In this document: positions 38,664 through 48,878 of the stretch, one piece after another | Layout of the letters: each line of letters starts with the position of its first letter | How positions within the stretch are numbered: position 1 is the first letter of the stretch | Assembly (NCBI GenBank): GCA_041659805.1 | Contig: JBAZXP010000001.1 | Location: forward strand, 704,589 to 768,588 | From: Microgenomates group bacterium | GTDB taxonomy: Bacteria > Patescibacteriota > Microgenomatia > Daviesbacterales > UBA10151 | Reading direction: 5' to 3' | Length of the DNA: 64,000 nt | Position numbers and translations under genes: made by a program | The notes under the pieces: generated by a model | The model's input: only the letters and a program-made list of their open reading frames with translations | Databases searched by the model: none | Told to the model about the DNA's origin: nothing

Positions 38664-39500
38664 TTAGGCTCTTTTAACAATTTTGTAAATGAAAATTAAA
38701 ATAGCAATTAGAAACACGACATTTAAAGCTAAGTTATTACCCACAAGGGAATTTACCCATTCAGCAGAATTGGTGATGGTTTTAGTGAATACTTCCATAT
38801 TATCAGGAGATAATGATCCTTTATAAGAAAGAACCAAAATTAATACTCCGGTTACAAAAAAGACTGCTGAGCCAATTAAATTACTCAGGATTAGTGGTGT
38901 ATATCTGCCAAAGAGGGTAATAGTGGCTACTGGACGCCTAAGTACACTAAATTTTGGCATTTTATCGTTTAAGAATAAAGATATAAGTAGTAAAGGTGTA
39001 ACCATTCCCAAAACATATACTCCGCCAATAGCTAGCGCCCCAAAGAAATTAGGGGATAAAAAGGTGAGGGCTAGAATCCCTATTAATACCGGTGCACAAC
39101 AAGCAGAGGTAATACCAGAGAAGATACCCAAAGTAAAAACAGACAAGATATCTGGTTTTTCTTTTTGGACGCTGCCTGGTAAATGAGGCATCGGTAGCTT
39201 TATACCCAAAAAGGTGACTAAAGACACAAGTAGCATCACTATTCCACCTGCAATATAAATTGGATCATGATAACGAAAAGTTAGCTTGGAAATTAATGCC
39301 ACTCCTAAAACAGCAGGCAACATAACCACAAAAATGCCTAATCCAAATACTAGTGTCATCAAAAGAACCTTCTCTTTTTCTTTAAAAACTCCGCCTAAGT
39401 AAGCTGGAAGTAAAAAGGTTATGCAACAAGGGGCAAACAGAGCTACCATTCCTGCCACAAAAGCTGCTATTAAAGATGTCTGAAAGAGTATTGTTTCCAT
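38664..39500 (-). CDS. CcdA/DsbD-like transmembrane protein
   Basis: FAPCC..LLPAY, SACCAPVL. Confidence 0.85.
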   Translation of the reverse strand: METILFQTSLIAAFVAGMVALFAPCCITFLLPAYLGGVFKEKEKVLLMTLVFGLGIFVVMLPAVLGVALISKLTFRYHDPIYIAGGIVMLLVSLVTFLGIKLPMPHLPGSVQKEKPDILSVFTLGIFSGITSACCAPVLIGILALTFLSPNFFGALAIGGVYVLGMVTPLLLISLFLNDKMPKFSVLRRPVATITLFGRYTPLILSNLIGSAVFFVTGVLILVLSYKGSLSPDNMEVFTKTITNSAEWVNSLVGNNLALNVVFLIAILIFIYKIVKRA

Positions 39501-39997
39501 TATTTGGTTACATTGGCAGTTAAAGTAAATTCGAGATTTGGATTACTTGAGTCATTAGTATCTACTGAAATATATCTTATAATAGAGCCTACTCCATTTG
39601 GTCCATGATAGGCTGGATCAAATACTACATTAAGTTGTGCTTCGTCTCCTGGTGCAACCTCTCCTACCCAAGGGGATACAGTATTCATTCCGAAAGAAGG
39701 GCTGGTATTTCCATTAATAATTACTTGAGCTTTTGTGCAGTGGCAAGAAGTTTTAACCTTAGTAAGTTTTAGCACATCTGTGCCTGTATTTTTAATCACA
39801 AAATTTTTGCTAACATTGCCATCCTTCATGTTTATTGTGCCCCAATCATAGGTTTTTTGATCTATATTCACTTTTGTGTTTTTGGAAGGAGTAATAGTTG
39901 CTGATGTTGAGCTGTTACCAGATAGTAAAAAAAATGCTCCACCCAGGATCAAAGCGCTAAACAAAACGATACTTATAATTACTTTCTTTTCATTCAT
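39500..39997 (-). CDS. DUF1573 Ig-like protein
   Basis: YDWG...F.IKNTG..L....TSCHCT. Confidence 0.8.
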   Translation of the reverse strand: MNEKKVIISIVLFSALILGGAFFLLSGNSSTSATITPSKNTKVNIDQKTYDWGTINMKDGNVSKNFVIKNTGTDVLKLTKVKTSCHCTKAQVIINGNTSPSFGMNTVSPWVGEVAPGDEAQLNVVFDPAYHGPNGVGSIIRYISVDTNDSSNPNLEFTLTANVTK

Positions 39998-40000
39998 ATT

Positions 40001-40261
40001 TTAAAAATTATATTTGTGCAAACGCTTTATTTCTTTTGTAGCATTTTCAATCTTTCCTTTTTTGATGAGATCTACCACACAAATGTTTAAATGATCTTTT
40101 GCCATTAAACTATTTGCTTCTTTTAGTAAACCCTGTATTTCTTGCGACTGTTTTATAACCTCAAGACTGGATGAGCCGTTTTGAAAAATATTTATTACTT
40201 GTTGCAAACGATGTTGCGCTTGCCTTAGTTTTGACAGGACAAGCTGATTGCTTTTTCCCAT
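40001..40261 (-). CDS. CsoR/RcnR-like protein (degenerate)
   Basis: EVIKQ...DHLNICV; first Cys position is Ser. Confidence 0.65.
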   Translation of the reverse strand: MGKSNQLVLSKLRQAQHRLQQVINIFQNGSSSLEVIKQSQEIQGLLKEANSLMAKDHLNICVVDLIKKGKIENATKEIKRLHKYNF

Positions 40262-40290
40262 ATTGAATATCTAATGATAATAAATCGAAG

Positions 40291-40307
40291 ATTAAGAAAG
40301 TATGAAG
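40291..40307 (-). promoter_or_regulatory. OmpR-type tandem box before the csoR-like operon
   Basis: CTTCAT-acttt-CTTAAT. Confidence 0.75.
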
Positions 40308-40315
40308 ATAGATTA

Positions 40316-41314
40316 TTAGGGAAGCGGTAAAACAACCACAAAGGTCGTTCCATAACCCTTGCTGCTTTTTACTCTAATTTCTCCTTGGTGAAGAGTGATG
40401 ATCGATTTTACAATAGCTAACCCCAATCCTGAGCCAAAAACTTTATCAGTTTTTGAACCACGGTAGAATCTATCAAATATATGCGGTATTTCTTCCTCTG
40501 GTATACCAAGTCCTTCATCAATCACGCTAATTAAAACCTTACTTGGACTTTTTTCCAGAATTATTTCCACCTCTCCATAAGAAGGAGAATACTTTATCGC
40601 GTTATCAATGATATTTAAAAGTGCCCGGGCTAATTTATCCTTAAAACCGTAAATATGTATATTTTTTGTGGTGGAAAATTTAACATTGATTTTCTTTTTC
40701 AGGGCTATTTTTTGAGCGATTTCATAAAGATCATCCATAAGATCTGACAGATTAATTCTTACTTTATGATTTTGTTTATTTGGACTTTCTGACCAGGCAA
40801 GATCCAAAACATTTTTCAGAGTTGCAGATAATTGGCGGGCTTCTGCCAATGCCACTTCCATTGTTTTTCTATACTCTTCATTTCCTCTTGGTTTATTTAA
40901 AGTAATCTCAAAAGAGCTTATCTGGGTAGCTAAAGGAGTCTTAAGTTCATGAGCTACATCGCCTATAAATTGCTGTTCTCTCTTAAATGCTTCGTTCAAA
41001 CGGTCAAGTAAACCATTAAATGAATTAGCTAGTTCCCCAATTTCATCATCATTTTTTATACCGTTAATCTTTTCTTCCAAATTTTCACTTGAAATCGATT
41101 TTATTTTGGTTGATAAATAAGTGATTGATCTGGTCATTTTGTAGACAACAGTAAATGCTGCTATTGCTAACAGCACAAAAAGTCCAATTAGAATGTGTAT
41201 GGTGTGAGGGATGGGATAGTAATGTATAAAAAGCAAAAAATATGCAATTACAATTAGCTGGCTTCCTATGTACCAAAGAAATAATTTAGCCCTTAGGCTT
41301 TTTAATTTAATCAT
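40316..41314 (-). CDS. HAMP sensor histidine kinase (CusS-like, minimal extracytoplasmic loop)
   Basis: DEIGELA..FN, AHELKTPL, NIIDNAIKY, DEGLGI, GSGLGL. Confidence 0.93.
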   Translation of the reverse strand: MIKLKSLRAKLFLWYIGSQLIVIAYFLLFIHYYPIPHTIHILIGLFVLLAIAAFTVVYKMTRSITYLSTKIKSISSENLEEKINGIKNDDEIGELANSFNGLLDRLNEAFKREQQFIGDVAHELKTPLATQISSFEITLNKPRGNEEYRKTMEVALAEARQLSATLKNVLDLAWSESPNKQNHKVRINLSDLMDDLYEIAQKIALKKKINVKFSTTKNIHIYGFKDKLARALLNIIDNAIKYSPSYGEVEIILEKSPSKVLISVIDEGLGIPEEEIPHIFDRFYRGSKTDKVFGSGLGLAIVKSIITLHQGEIRVKSSKGYGTTFVVVLPLP

Positions 41315-41988
41315 TTATTCTTTTCCGAAATAACATAACCCACACCATGGACAGTGTGTATTAATTTTTTCTTTTGTCCTCCATCAATTTTTTTCCTCAG
41401 TGTTGCGATAAATACATCCACTACATTAGAAAAACTATCAAAATTATAATCCCATGTATGCTCAGTAATTTGCGTTCTTGTTACTGGTTCGTCTTTGTGT
41501 AGTGCCAAGAATTCTAGTATTGAAAATTCTTTTGGAGTCAGAATAATTTCTTTATTATTTCTTTTGACTATACGTTTGATAGAATCAATCTCTAAATCAT
41601 CAATAACAATTGAACTTTGGGGTTGGTGATAATTCCTTCGGAGGAGTGCATTTACCCGGGCTTTTAATTCCATGAATTCAAATGGTTTAGTTAAGTAGTC
41701 ATCTGCACCAACATTTAAACCAGTTACTCTGTCTTCAACTTGAGTTTTTGCTGTTAGCATCAAAATTGGTATATTTATTTTCTGGTTTCTCAAGTTCTTG
41801 CATACATTAAGACCATCTAGTTTAGGTAAGGTAATATCCAAAATGATTACGTCATAACTTTCAGATTCTGCTAAGTAAAGGCCTTCCTGTCCATCAAAGG
41901 CTTGATCCACTGCAAAACCTAATTCAACAAATCCAGTCTTTATAACATTAGAGAGTCTTTTTTCGTCCTCGATCAATAAAATCCTCAT
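41311..41988 (-). CDS. OmpR-family response regulator (CusR/CopR-like)
   Basis: LLIEDE, LDITLP, GADDYLTKPF, SNVVDVFI..LRKKID, TVHGVGY. Confidence 0.93.
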   Translation of the reverse strand: MRILLIEDEKRLSNVIKTGFVELGFAVDQAFDGQEGLYLAESESYDVIILDITLPKLDGLNVCKNLRNQKINIPILMLTAKTQVEDRVTGLNVGADDYLTKPFEFMELKARVNALLRRNYHQPQSSIVIDDLEIDSIKRIVKRNNKEIILTPKEFSILEFLALHKDEPVTRTQITEHTWDYNFDSFSNVVDVFIATLRKKIDGGQKKKLIHTVHGVGYVISEKNK

Positions 41989-42058
41989 AATTACTTGTAT
42001 TATACAGAAATTGCTGCCATAACTCTAAAACCTCATTATCTATGATAAAGTAATATTA

Positions 42059-42532
42059 ATGAAACATTATGAAGAGAGCGTGATAATTCCTGCAAGTCCA
42101 GAAGAGGTTTTTAACTTTGTGGATGATCATACTAAACTTTCGTCACATATGAATGAGTCATCTTGGATGATGGGTGGAGGAAAGATGAACACTTCTATTG
42201 ATGAAAAAGGCGGTAAAGAAGTAGGATCCCATATACAAATGAGTGGTAAAGTTCTGGGGATTGATCTTTACTTAGATGAAGTTGTAACGTGCAGAGAACC
42301 TCCAAGATTGAAAATTTGGGAAACAGTTGGGGCTCCAAAGCTTCTTGTTGTTGGCTCTTACCAAATGAAAGCTGAAATAAAACCACAAGACGAAGCATCA
42401 CTACTAGAAGTATCTATCGATTATGAGTTGCCGACAAAACATGCGTGGCTTGGAAAACTATTTGGTGGATTCTATGCAAAATGGTGTGTTAAACAGATAC
42501 TTAATAGTCCTCGTGATTACTTCATTAAATAG
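42059..42532 (+). CDS. SRPBCC family protein
   Basis: ESVIIPASPEEVFNFVDD. Confidence 0.8.
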   Translation: MKHYEESVIIPASPEEVFNFVDDHTKLSSHMNESSWMMGGGKMNTSIDEKGGKEVGSHIQMSGKVLGIDLYLDEVVTCREPPRLKIWETVGAPKLLVVGSYQMKAEIKPQDEASLLEVSIDYELPTKHAWLGKLFGGFYAKWCVKQILNSPRDYFIK

Positions 42533-42543
42533 TAGTCTATAAT

Positions 42544-42560
42544 CTTCATGAAATCTTAAT
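42544..42560 (+). promoter_or_regulatory. OmpR-type tandem box before the L,D-transpeptidase
   Basis: CTTCAT-gaaat-CTTAAT, 11 nt before TATCAT. Confidence 0.7.
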
Positions 42561-42591
42561 AATTCATTAGCTATCATGATACGAAGATCCT

Positions 42592-43296
42592 ATGCGATTA
42601 CTTTTTCTGCTCTTATTGCTAGTTATTATATCCAGTGGCGTTATATATTTTGTGTTAAAAAATCAAGCTCAAGTTTCAACTTCCAAAAGTACCACACAAT
42701 CCTTAGAGGAAGAATTCGGTAAAGAGATAGCAGTAAGTAGCGGCAATTGGATTGAACAGAAAGACGCTCCTATTTTTGATAACGAGCAAGTATCGACTCA
42801 ACCTAAAAAGTATGAAGATAATAAATTGGCTAAAATTCTAGGGGTTAATACTTCTGACAAATGGTTGGAGGTTAATCTGACTGAGCAAAAGATTTATGCT
42901 TGGGAAGGAAATCAAAAGGTTTTTGAATTTTTTGTTTCAACTGGTCGTCCTGGATATGATACTCCAACTGGAGAATTTACAGTTTGGAGAAAAGTTTTAT
43001 ATCAAGCATATAAAGGAGGGTCAAAGGATCGTGGGGATTATTATTATCTGCCAAATGTTCCTTATTCTCTATTCTTCGCAAATAATAAAATAGCTAAAGG
43101 TAAAGGATATGCCGTTCATGGAGCTTATTGGCATAATGACTTTGGAATAAAAAGAAGGAGTTCGGGTTGTGTTAATGTTCGTCCGGAAGAAGCAGCAAAA
43201 CTATATTACTGGGCTAACCCCTTAATAGGGGAAGGTGTAAACGCTATTAACTCAACAGCAGATAACCCTGGTATTAGAGTTTCCATTCATTACTAA
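42592..43296 (+). CDS. L,D-transpeptidase (YkuD)
   Basis: VSTGRPGYDTPTGEF, AVHGAYWH, SSGCVN. Confidence 0.9.
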   Translation: MRLLFLLLLLVIISSGVIYFVLKNQAQVSTSKSTTQSLEEEFGKEIAVSSGNWIEQKDAPIFDNEQVSTQPKKYEDNKLAKILGVNTSDKWLEVNLTEQKIYAWEGNQKVFEFFVSTGRPGYDTPTGEFTVWRKVLYQAYKGGSKDRGDYYYLPNVPYSLFFANNKIAKGKGYAVHGAYWHNDFGIKRRSSGCVNVRPEEAAKLYYWANPLIGEGVNAINSTADNPGIRVSIHY

Positions 43297-43305
43297 TCTA
43301 AGTAG

Positions 43306-43566
43306 TTATCTTACAAACAATTTGTTTACCTTGACAAAAATATAACCAATTATCCAGGCTGTTAGTGTTACTGAAACTAATCCCAAAATAAATGAAGGCA
43401 TATCTAAATTCCAAGTGCCTATTTGGTTAATCCCAATACCGTGAAACCACGATTGGGCAACGGCGAAAGATGCATCAGGAAATAAGCCTACTAATACTCG
43501 GCATGCCACAAAAACAATGGCTGTAGTAACAGCTAATGCATTTGGGAGAGAATATTGATTCTTCAT
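43306..43566 (-). CDS. DUF5676-like membrane protein
   Basis: VAC...P....SWFHG; SD AAGGAGGTG before ATG 43566. Confidence 0.7.
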   Translation of the reverse strand: MKNQYSLPNALAVTTAIVFVACRVLVGLFPDASFAVAQSWFHGIGINQIGTWNLDMPSFILGLVSVTLTAWIIGYIFVKVNKLFVR

Positions 43567-43594
43567 TAATTTCACCTCCTTTCAGGATAGGATA

Positions 43595-43729
43595 TCACTT
43601 TTTGTTAATTTCTTTCAAAAAATAAATACTTCCTAATACCAGAAAAAACATTAAAGCAATCCAAGTTACCGCACCAATGAAACCACCCATGCCATAACCA
43701 TTCATCATATTTGAAAAACCATCCATCAT
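43595..43729 (-). CDS. 44-aa Met/Gly-rich membrane protein (not in ORF track)
   Basis: MMDGFSNMMNGYGMGGFIGAVTWIALMFFLVLGSIYFLKEINKK*, SD AAGGAGGTG. Confidence 0.75.
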   Translation of the reverse strand: MMDGFSNMMNGYGMGGFIGAVTWIALMFFLVLGSIYFLKEINKK

Positions 43730-43849
43730 TTATAACTCACCTCCTTAAATATTTATTAAATCTTTCCCTTTTCTCTTTAATAGTACAACATTTACAGCAA
43801 GATGCTTTTGCATATATTTTCCACTATAATATAAGAGTACCCTCTTTTT

Positions 43850-45778
43850 ATGAACAATGTAAATCAGATAGCTAATAAACCAAACTTACCCAGCTTTTTG
43901 AAAGAAAAAAAGTTCCGTTGGCTACTTATTGCTTTAATAGCAGTTATCCCGCTTGAAATATTATCTATATTTTCAATTCATTTACCCTTATGGGTTGAAT
44001 TACCCCTATTTATATCTATTATTTTAATCTTTGGACGTAATGTTTTCAGAGACGGTATCCAAAGTCTTCTGCATTTTAATTTTGCTAATATAAATCTTTT
44101 AATGACAATTGCCATATTCGGGGCAATATATCTGCAGGAATTTGAGGAAGCAACTATTATCGTTATCTTATTTGCCCTGGGAAATGCACTCGAAGAGTTT
44201 GGGATTGAAAGAAGTCAAACTGCTCTTAAGCAACTGGTTGATAAGGCTCCAAAATCAGGTCAGGTGAAAGGGAAAAACGAAAGAACACCGATTGAACAAA
44301 TTGGGGTTGGGGACATATTGATAATTAAACCTTTTGACCATATTCCACTTGATGGAGAGGTTGTAAAAGGCGACTCTATTGTTGATGAAACTGCCATTAC
44401 CGGAGAGCCTTTACCAAAAAACAAACACTTAGGAGATTCTGTTTACGCTGGTACAGTTAACGGTAATAGCTATCTTGAAATTAGAGTAACAAAAACTGCT
44501 AAAGATACTACTCTGGCTAAAATTATTGACCTAACTTATAAATCTGCTGAAAAAAAATCAAACACTCAAAGATTTATTGAAAAATTTGCAACCTACTATA
44601 CTCCTGCTGTTATATTTATTGCTATTCTATTAGTCGTTATCCCTGTTGTTGTTTTTAAACAACCCTTTAACCGCTGGTTTGTTGAAGCATTAACACTACT
44701 TTTAATATCTTGTCCTTGCGCTTTGGTTATCTCTACCCCGATTACCATTTTTTCGGCTATGGGTAATGCAACTAGGCGGGGAGTACTCATTAAAGGAGGT
44801 CGGTTTTTAGAGGAAATAGGTAAAATCAAAGCGATTGCTTTTGATAAAACCCGCACTCTAACAAAAGGTGAACCAGTAGTATCTGATATAGTTCCGTTTA
44901 ATGGATTTACTAAAGAGGAGCTACTTTCAGATGTTGCTGGAATGGAGGTTTTATCAGAACACCCCCTTGGAAAGAGTATTGTTCAAAAAGCCAAACAGGA
45001 TAATCTCATGCCACATCATTTTGTAAATTTTGAGGCGATTATGGGAAAAGGTGTAAAAGGAGAATGCGCCGTTTGCGTTGATAAACATCATTGTTTGGGA
45101 AATCTCAAATTTATTACAGAAGAACATCATGTTGATGAAGCAGTTGTTAAAAAAGTTGAGGAATTTGAAAAAGAAGGAAAAACTGCTATTGTCTTGGTGG
45201 ATAACAAAAAGGTAAGCGGAGTTATTGGTATAACCGATGAAATAAGGAGTGAGAGTAGGCCAACAATTGATAGTCTCCTTAGATTAAATGTCACACCCGT
45301 TATCTTAACTGGTGACAACCAATCATCGGCCCGTTATGTTGCCCAAAAAGTAGGAATTAATATTGTAAAGGCTGGACTTCTACCTGAAGGTAAAGTGAAG
45401 GAATTATTAACTTTGGTAGATCACTATAAGCATGTGGCAATGGTGGGTGATGGCGTTAATGATGCTCCAGCTTTAGCATCCTCATCTGTTGGTATTGCTA
45501 TGGGGGCAATTGGCTCGGATGTAGCGGTTGAGAATTCAGATATTGCTTTAATGAATAATGATTTGCTAACAATCCCTTACTTGATTGAATTAGGAAAGAA
45601 AGCAACCACAACAATTCGCTTTAATATCACTTCAGCCGTATTAGTAAAGTTTATCTTCTTATTTCTTGCTATTGCAGGACGAAGCAATCTTACTCTAGCT
45701 ATATTTTCTGACGTTGGAGTGACTCTTTTTGTAGTACTAAATGGTTTAAGATTGTATAACTATAAACCTAAGGTTTAA
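43850..45778 (+). CDS. Zn/Cd/Pb-type P1B ATPase
   Basis: TGEP, SCPCALVISTP, DKTRT, SEHP, GDGVNDAP, K...DVG..V.LNGLRL. Confidence 0.9.
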   Translation: MNNVNQIANKPNLPSFLKEKKFRWLLIALIAVIPLEILSIFSIHLPLWVELPLFISIILIFGRNVFRDGIQSLLHFNFANINLLMTIAIFGAIYLQEFEEATIIVILFALGNALEEFGIERSQTALKQLVDKAPKSGQVKGKNERTPIEQIGVGDILIIKPFDHIPLDGEVVKGDSIVDETAITGEPLPKNKHLGDSVYAGTVNGNSYLEIRVTKTAKDTTLAKIIDLTYKSAEKKSNTQRFIEKFATYYTPAVIFIAILLVVIPVVVFKQPFNRWFVEALTLLLISCPCALVISTPITIFSAMGNATRRGVLIKGGRFLEEIGKIKAIAFDKTRTLTKGEPVVSDIVPFNGFTKEELLSDVAGMEVLSEHPLGKSIVQKAKQDNLMPHHFVNFEAIMGKGVKGECAVCVDKHHCLGNLKFITEEHHVDEAVVKKVEEFEKEGKTAIVLVDNKKVSGVIGITDEIRSESRPTIDSLLRLNVTPVILTGDNQSSARYVAQKVGINIVKAGLLPEGKVKELLTLVDHYKHVAMVGDGVNDAPALASSSVGIAMGAIGSDVAVENSDIALMNNDLLTIPYLIELGKKATTTIRFNITSAVLVKFIFLFLAIAGRSNLTLAIFSDVGVTLFVVLNGLRLYNYKPKV

Positions 45779-45871
45779 AAAATAGTAATCTCCAATATAT
45801 TCACCGATATCCGTGAACTACGATACGGAGTAAAAACTTTCATGAGCTACTCAAAGATGTAAACCAATAGT

Positions 45872-45897
45872 GGTTGCACCCCTTAGATTGCAAGGGT
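45872..45897 (+). repeat. 26-bp direct repeat (24/26) of 48359-48384
   Basis: ggttgcaccccttagattgcaagggt vs ggttgcacccctcagattacaagggt. Confidence 0.8.
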
Positions 45898-46074
45898 TTG
45901 GTCGGCAGCGCATTTTTTCCCCGAGATTGTCGGGTGGCTTGCTGTCGCTTTTACATTAATAACTCACTTTATTGCTCATACTAGTAAGTAAAGGGGAGAA
46001 GCCTTGCGAAAATAGAGTTTATATTATAGAAAACCCTTGAAATACTCAATAGACTAAGTAGAAAATTGGGAAAT

Positions 46075-48285
46075 TTAAATATTTATTAAATCTTTTTCTG
46101 CTCTTTTTAATAATACAGCATTAATAGCAACAATAATTGATGAAGCAGACATCAAAAGAGCGGAGAATTCTGGTCTTAAAGTAATACCAAAGCTTGGATA
46201 TAAAACCCCTGCAGCGATTGGAATAGCTAAAACATTGTAGACACTTGCCCAAACTAAATTTTGTTTCATTTTATTGACTGTAGCTTTACTTAATCTGATA
46301 GCCCTTAAGACATCACCTGGATCAGATTTCATTAAGACTATATTGGCAGTCTCAATTGCTACATCAGTTCCTGCTCCAATTGCAATACCAATATCAGCTT
46401 GAGCCAAGGCCGGAGCATCATTTACTCCATCACCCACCATGGCTACAAATTTATTTTCATCCTGAAGTTTTTTAACATATTTGGCTTTATCTGCTGGTAA
46501 TACTTCAGCAAATATTCTGTCTATCCCAAGTTCCTTACCAATAGCATCAGCTGTTTTTTGATTATCACCTGTGATCATTGCAACTTCGAGTCCTAATTCC
46601 TTCATTCTAGCTATGGCTTGTTTTGTGGTATCACGAATCTGGTCTGCTGCTGCTATTACTCCAGCTGCTTTCCCATCTATAGCTGCAATCATTAAAGTTT
46701 TCCCTTCATCTAGTAAGGTATTAATTTTTTCATCTAAGGCATCTAGGTTTACTGATTTTTCTTCCATTAATTTTCTAGTTCCAATAAGTAATTTTTTACC
46801 TTCAACTTTTGCTTCAACGCCTAATCCTGAAAGAGAATTGAAGTCTGTTACTTCAGTAGGAAGTTTAATTTTTCTTTTATCTACTTCCTCAATTACTGCC
46901 TGACTTAAAGGATGACCTGATTTTTTCTCTGTAGCTGCTACAAGCCCAAGCACTTCATTTTCATCAAACCCTTCTAGGACATAAACATCCGTTACTTTGG
47001 GTTTTCCCTCAGTCAATGTTCCGGTTTTATCCAAAACTACTGCCTGAATTTTTGAAGCCCGTTCTAAAGTAGCTGCATCTTTGATTAAAATATTATGTTT
47101 TGCTCCAATACCGGTTCCAACAGCTACTGCAGTTGGGGTGGCGAGTCCCAATGCATCAGGGCAAGCGATTACTACAGCAGAAATTGCAAAAGTTAGAGCC
47201 ACGATGAACCCTGCCCCCATTCCGAAGTACCAAACCATAAAAGTGATTATTCCTGCACCTACAGCTAGAATAACTAAATATTGGGCTGCACGATCAGCTA
47301 ATCTCTGGCCTGGGGCTTTAGAGTTTTGAGCCGTTTCTACTAATTTCACAATCTGAGCAAGTGCAGTATCAGTTCCTACTTTTGTAGCCTTAAATTTCAC
47401 AGAACCAGTTTGATTGATTGAACCACCTACTACGGAATCTCCAATAGTTTTGCTAACTGGAATAGATTCACCTGTAACAAATGACTCATCAATGGCTGTT
47501 TGTCCTTCAACTACCACTCCGTCAACCGGAACTTTGTCCCCAGGTTTTAAAACTACGATATCTCCAATAACAACATCAGAGGTTGAAATCATAAGTTCCT
47601 GACCATTTCTAATAACTCTTGCCTTAGGCGGTACTAAGTCAAATAAAGCACGGAGAGCATCTGATGTTCCTTTGCGTGATTTCATTTCCATCCAGTGACC
47701 AAATAAAACAAAGGTTACAAGTAATGCTGCTGCTTCAAAAAAAGTTTCTCCGCCAATAAAAAGTGTAATAAAGACACTGAATATATAGGCTGCAAAAACA
47801 CCTACAGAAATTAAAACCATCATGTTTAGAGTTTTTTGCTTTAAAGCCTGATAAGCACCTTGGGGAAAGATTGAACCAAACCTAAAAACTACTACAGAAG
47901 TAAGAATCAACAATAACCAATTAACAGGAATTGGGGTGGGGAGGGTAACCTTTAATATATTAGTAAACACTGGTGAATAAAGAAAAATTGGAATCGAGAA
48001 AAGAAGTGACCAAAGAAATCGGTTTCTCATATCCTTTTCCATAAACTCAGCCATCCTTGGATCAGTCATAGCACTTTCATGATCCATATGAGCCATATTG
48101 TGTTCAGTTTTAGAACGGTGACATTCACAGTGTGTTTCAGTTTCTGAACAAACCATTTTTGAAGAGGCCTCAATACCGCTTTCGTAGTGACCTTCGCTCT
48201 TCATTGAAGACATATCATGATTCATCTTTGAATGATCCATCATTCCCGTCATTTCATGGTCGGGCATATTATCAGATTTATCCAT
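46075..48285 (-). CDS. copper P1B ATPase with His/Met-rich N-terminus (CopB-like, CPD motif)
   Basis: GHWMEM, TGES, ACPDALGLATP, DKTGT, YN, MSASS. Confidence 0.9.
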   Translation of the reverse strand: MDKSDNMPDHEMTGMMDHSKMNHDMSSMKSEGHYESGIEASSKMVCSETETHCECHRSKTEHNMAHMDHESAMTDPRMAEFMEKDMRNRFLWSLLFSIPIFLYSPVFTNILKVTLPTPIPVNWLLLILTSVVVFRFGSIFPQGAYQALKQKTLNMMVLISVGVFAAYIFSVFITLFIGGETFFEAAALLVTFVLFGHWMEMKSRKGTSDALRALFDLVPPKARVIRNGQELMISTSDVVIGDIVVLKPGDKVPVDGVVVEGQTAIDESFVTGESIPVSKTIGDSVVGGSINQTGSVKFKATKVGTDTALAQIVKLVETAQNSKAPGQRLADRAAQYLVILAVGAGIITFMVWYFGMGAGFIVALTFAISAVVIACPDALGLATPTAVAVGTGIGAKHNILIKDAATLERASKIQAVVLDKTGTLTEGKPKVTDVYVLEGFDENEVLGLVAATEKKSGHPLSQAVIEEVDKRKIKLPTEVTDFNSLSGLGVEAKVEGKKLLIGTRKLMEEKSVNLDALDEKINTLLDEGKTLMIAAIDGKAAGVIAAADQIRDTTKQAIARMKELGLEVAMITGDNQKTADAIGKELGIDRIFAEVLPADKAKYVKKLQDENKFVAMVGDGVNDAPALAQADIGIAIGAGTDVAIETANIVLMKSDPGDVLRAIRLSKATVNKMKQNLVWASVYNVLAIPIAAGVLYPSFGITLRPEFSALLMSASSIIVAINAVLLKRAEKDLINI

Positions 48286-48320
48286 AAAAAAGTCTTATAT
48301 ATTTAGTATATGTAATTTAG

Positions 48321-48337
48321 ATTAGGAAATCATTAAG
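48321..48337 (-). promoter_or_regulatory. OmpR-type tandem box variant before the CopB-like ATPase
   Basis: CTTAAT-gattt-CCTAAT, 10 nt before TATACT. Confidence 0.65.
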
Positions 48338-48356
48338 AACTTTACTGTTCTTTTAA

Positions 48357-48471
48357 GGGGTTGCACCCCTCAGATTACAAGGGTCTAGATAAACGAAGTC
48401 GTTGCTTCGCCCTTGTAATCCTCACCCCGCTTAAATTACCCAGGTATAGGTAGCAGGCAGGCTGCTACCTA
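48357..48471. other. GC-rich nested hairpins (candidate oriT / single-strand origin or promoter)
   Basis: GATTACAAGGG (48373-83) pairs with CCCTTGTAATC (48410-20); CGAAG/CTTCG; TAGGTAGCAG/CTGCTACCTA. Confidence 0.5.
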
Positions 48472-48518
48472 AAAATAAATTATTTTTTAGGGAAAAGCCT
48501 AGAAAGGGGGTGAAATAT

Positions 48519-48821
48519 ATGCAACTATTAACAAAAGAAATAGCAACAAAGCTGCCATTCTTGTATACACAGGAAGATATTGAGGATCCAATGGTTATCT
48601 GTAAATTCTTTGCTGTTTGGACAAATTGGACATGGTATGCAATAGAGTTTGACGGAAACAATACTTTCTTTGGATATGTAGCAGGAGATTTTCCGGAATT
48701 AGGATATTTTACTCTTTCCGAACTACAAGACTTAAAGGGCCCAATGAGCGGGACATTTATTTTAGAGCGTGCAGGCTTTCAGAAATTAAAAAGCTACACG
48801 AAGGACAATATTAAATATTAA
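48519..48821 (+). pseudogene. DUF2958 family protein, frameshifted near the C-terminus
   Basis: KFF...WTWYAIEFD...FFGYV.G..PELGYF.LSEL; ERDIYF is in another frame after KGPM. Confidence 0.7.
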
Positions 48822-48878
48822 ACCTGCCGTTGTTTAAAAAGCGGCGGCAGGTTATAAAAAAGAAAGGAGGTGAAAATT

